The position numbers and the translations under genes were made by a program. Below, in pieces: positions 61,201 to 64,000 of a DNA stretch of 64,000 nucleotides; position 1 is the first letter of the stretch, and each line of letters starts with the position of its first letter. The stretch lies in contig CM119265.1 of assembly GCA_051294375.1 (NCBI GenBank), positions 10,174,684 to 10,238,683 on the forward strand, in the 5' to 3' direction. The notes below the pieces were generated by a model. That model worked only from the letters and a program-made list of their open reading frames with translations, did not search any database and had not been told where the DNA came from. The stretch is from Paraspadella gotoi. Taxonomy: Eukaryota > Animalia > Chaetognatha.

Positions 61201-62730
61201 ACACAACAGACTTCTCCCTATGGGAGGGGGGGATGTATGGTGGATTAAAATCCACCAACCGTTCATCAGCGGCCATTGGTGCCGGAGGCAAGTCATTCGC
61301 CTCCCAACCCAAAGGTCCGGGGTTCTAGCCCGGTGGCCGCCTAGCCGTTAAGAGGGATGGGGCGCTTCACCCGCCTGTAACATGGTGTTACAGCCTGATC
61401 CAAAGCTCATTGACTGCTTATATTGAACGGTTCTGTCATTAACACTTATCAATAATTACTGTCTCTTCAACAGAGCATTTTTATACGCTTAAAGCGATCG
61501 GGGTCTTAAACCACCGAAGCCTATCCAAAGTCAGGGGCAAGCAAGCTAATTTATTGATTGAATGGATAATTTCATTTTGGTTGAACCAATTTCATAAATT
61601 AAAACGAGAATGTGTTGAGCCGCAGTAAACTTTTCACGTGATCACGTGACTAAACTCTGACGAAAAAAAAAACAAGAGGTTTTTTTTAAATATATTCTTA
61701 CACAGGCTAATGTAGAATAAGGGCAATATTGTTAATATCAAGTTCCAAGTAAATCCAACCATGGATATAGAAAATATTAACCAAAATCTTCGGTTTGATG
61801 GAAGATTTTCGCCATAAAAGATTTTTCCCAAATCTGACTCCTTGTTGAAAACTCTTAAAATTCCTCTTTTACTTTAAGTGAACAGTCAAGTTAAATTAAA
61901 ACCAATCAATATTAAATTAGGATATATAAATGATTTTGGTTTTTACTTCAGTAAAAATCTTTCAGATTAAAAAAGTCTTCACAAGTTTGGAAATGACGAT
62001 TTTTTTCTAGCGGCAGGTTGTCGTGTGTCACCTTGTACATATGCACGTTAAAGGTCTTATGGTTCCAAATATGAAAAAAATTGAGGAAGTATTACCTCAA
62101 TTATGAGCATTTTTAACGAAACAAGGACAGACCGATGGACAGAGAGACATGTAGCCTTTTCCCCAGGGACTAAAATAATATGTCTCCATTGAGTAACAGA
62201 TCGGGCGCCTTTAAATATTTCGCCACTCGGCACTTTTACGAAAAAAAATCCCAAACTCGGAATAATGATATATCGAGTTTTATCTTGATCATATTTTGTT
62301 AGTATTTAGTATTTATCAAGATGACGCTGTCAGAGACATATTTACCGGGTTCCTGTCAATTGCCTTTTTAAAGTAAGTAAAGTAAAAAGTGAATTATTGA
62401 GTTGCACTGCGCCACTAACAACATTTTACGACCAGTAAGTAGCATCTTGCTAAGTTGGATCGTCAAAGCAATTTTCAAGTTTTCAAGTTTTCGAGTTTTC
62501 GAGTTTTCGAGTTCACCATTCAACAAATTCAACAAATAAACTCGTATTAAAAATACAACATAAATATACCATAAAGTTTCCCTCGCCGTAATCGACGGTG
62601 GCGCCATTCGCCGTTCCGTCGACAAAAGTCGAAAGCCTCAGGAAGTCTTCACTGAAATAGAAAGCCAGATTCGAAGCCAAGAAGCGGAAAAAGTCATCGT
62701 CGGGAGTAAGGGAGTATCTCGCGCTGCCAT
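58248..62730 (-). CDS. M14B carboxypeptidase M/D-like protein, paralogue C (3' half; 5' exons beyond the window)
   Basis: Exons 62730-62570 (YSLTPDDDFFRFLA..GTANGA), 60666-60457 (DWLYSSAGCMGITVGLSNC..GVAGVV), 60348-60150 (GCYWRHLLPGRYTLIVSYPG), and 58360-58248 (KSTQKPPAGSSASGVHASKLLCLDVYVLLFFFSREKW*). The last exon has 113 coding nt, the same length and phase as that of paralogue A. Confidence 0.85.
58443..59689. mobile_element. Foldback/MITE with about 370-bp terminal inverted repeats
   Basis: 58443-~58815 (cggcgcaaaaaaaagtagccacttctttcac..tatatagaaaaataatctttt) is the reverse complement of ~59315-59689 (aaaagattgtttttctatatag..gtgaaagaagtggcttctattttttgcgccg). Confidence 0.85.
60814..61469 (+). 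mobile_element. TRIM family 1, full-length (non-autonomous LTR element with tRNA-like LTRs)
   Basis: Two 234-bp direct repeats (60814-61047 and 61236-61469; TATGG...TTCA). PBS tggtgagcccgac follows the 5' LTR, PPT gggagggggggatg precedes the 3' LTR, and a 4-bp TSD ACAG flanks the element. Confidence 0.9.
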
Positions 62731-64000
62731 CTCGATGTGGTTGAGAGAAGGAAAAAAAATCTTTCGTGTTTTATAAATTAATAATTAACGAGTAAGAATA
62801 AAAATAAAGATAATTCTCTATTTCCGTGAATTTTTAGTCGGATCTGCTGACAAAATGATGTCCGTCCGTCCGTCTGTCTGTCTCCCTGTCCGTCCTTCCT
62901 TCTGACCTTAGCAAAAAAACTCTAATTACTCGTGATTGGATGGATGGATTGGAATTAAATTTTGTGTGTGGGTAGGGAAGTGTGTGATTGAGCTGGATTT
63001 GAATTTTCGAAGGAATCGTGCAAGTGGAAATGAGTTTAAATGGAAAAAACAAAAAAATTATTTCATTATTTGAAACGCCAATTACTCATGATGGATTGGG
63101 CGATTGACTTGAAATTTTGTATGTAGGTAGAAAAGTGTGTGATTAAGCTGGAAAAAGTTATCGATGGAATGTCTGAGTGGATATGAGTTTAAATGGAAAA
63201 AACAAAAAAACTGTTTTCACTAATTTATTATGCCTTTTTTTATTTTTATATTAAATGTAAATGCAAGTTTATTAATTAATCAATAATAATCAGTTAATTA
63301 ATAAATTACTAAATTAATTAATCAATAATAATGAATTAGTCAATCAATCAATTAATTATCAATCACCAATTTATTTATTTAATCAATCAATCAATCAAGT
63401 CAATAGTTATCGGCATTTTGTCGTCGTCGCCATCATCGTCGTCGTTGCTTTTGACGTGGTCACTGGTCAGTGACGAAATCAAATTAATTTATTAATTAAT
63501 TACCGCTAATGATCGTGGGCAGATCTCAAACTTGTTATTAGTCCCCGTTTCCCCATTTTTTAGTCGACTCTATAATCCCCTTTGTCGGTCCGTCGGTCGC
63601 CCCCAATCTTGCCGGGCATTCACTTGTATCATGTCAGAACATCAAATTATGATAAATACATTTTGTTTTTTTCCTTTCTGTTTCGTTGTGATTCGATTTA
63701 GAACAAAGTTTGAAGAGAGATTTAACAACGATTTTTATTTCATAGTGAAAAGGACATGTTTCGACTTATTTATATATTTATTACTGTAGTTAATTGTTGA
63801 TATTATTCATTACTAAAGTTTACCAAAATTTTAACATTGTTGTACATTTCATAATGTATTTATTTTCAAGCACTGTCTCTCTCTCTCTCTCTCCATTTCA
63901 ATTTCTTTTCCACAACTATCTCTGTCCTCACCTTCACCTGTCCCTAATAAAAAACTGAAACTATCCTTTTCTCAAAACTCTGTGTTGGAAACTTTGCTCT

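Noticed and set aside
61268-61342. Genuine tRNA genes or simple SINEs in the LTR copies
   Set aside because: The anticodon and D stems pair poorly and there is no poly-T terminator or poly-A tail. The copies occur as paired direct repeats with PBS/PPT and 4-bp TSDs.

Overview
AT-rich, microsatellite-rich metazoan (probably invertebrate) genomic scaffold with three N gaps and spliceosomal genes. I assembled exons by hand from GT-AG sites, intron phase and recalled homology. From left to right: (1) the 3' part of a CMIP orthologue on + (1479-8497). (2) A single-pass membrane mucin on - (17620-10221): signal peptide, acidic and E/R/K-rich helix, about 14 x 25-aa PTS repeats, EGF, SEA, EGF, EGF, TM and a YDTV tail. 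(3) A tandem array of three M14B (carboxypeptidase M/D-like) paralogues on - (A 28473-22072, B 55220-32189, C >62730-58248). All three have Gly at the catalytic Glu270 position, and A and B also lack zinc and substrate ligands, so they look like membrane- or GPI-anchored pseudo-peptidases. Introns are filled with transposable elements: a decayed DD37D (maT) transposon, HINE/DINE-1-like elements, MITEs and a long foldback element. There are also two distinct families of miniature LTR retrotransposons (TRIMs) whose LTRs each contain a tRNA-like Pol III cassette. These share a TGGTGAGCCC primer-binding site and make 4-bp TSDs, and empty paralogous sites are visible in the window for family 1.
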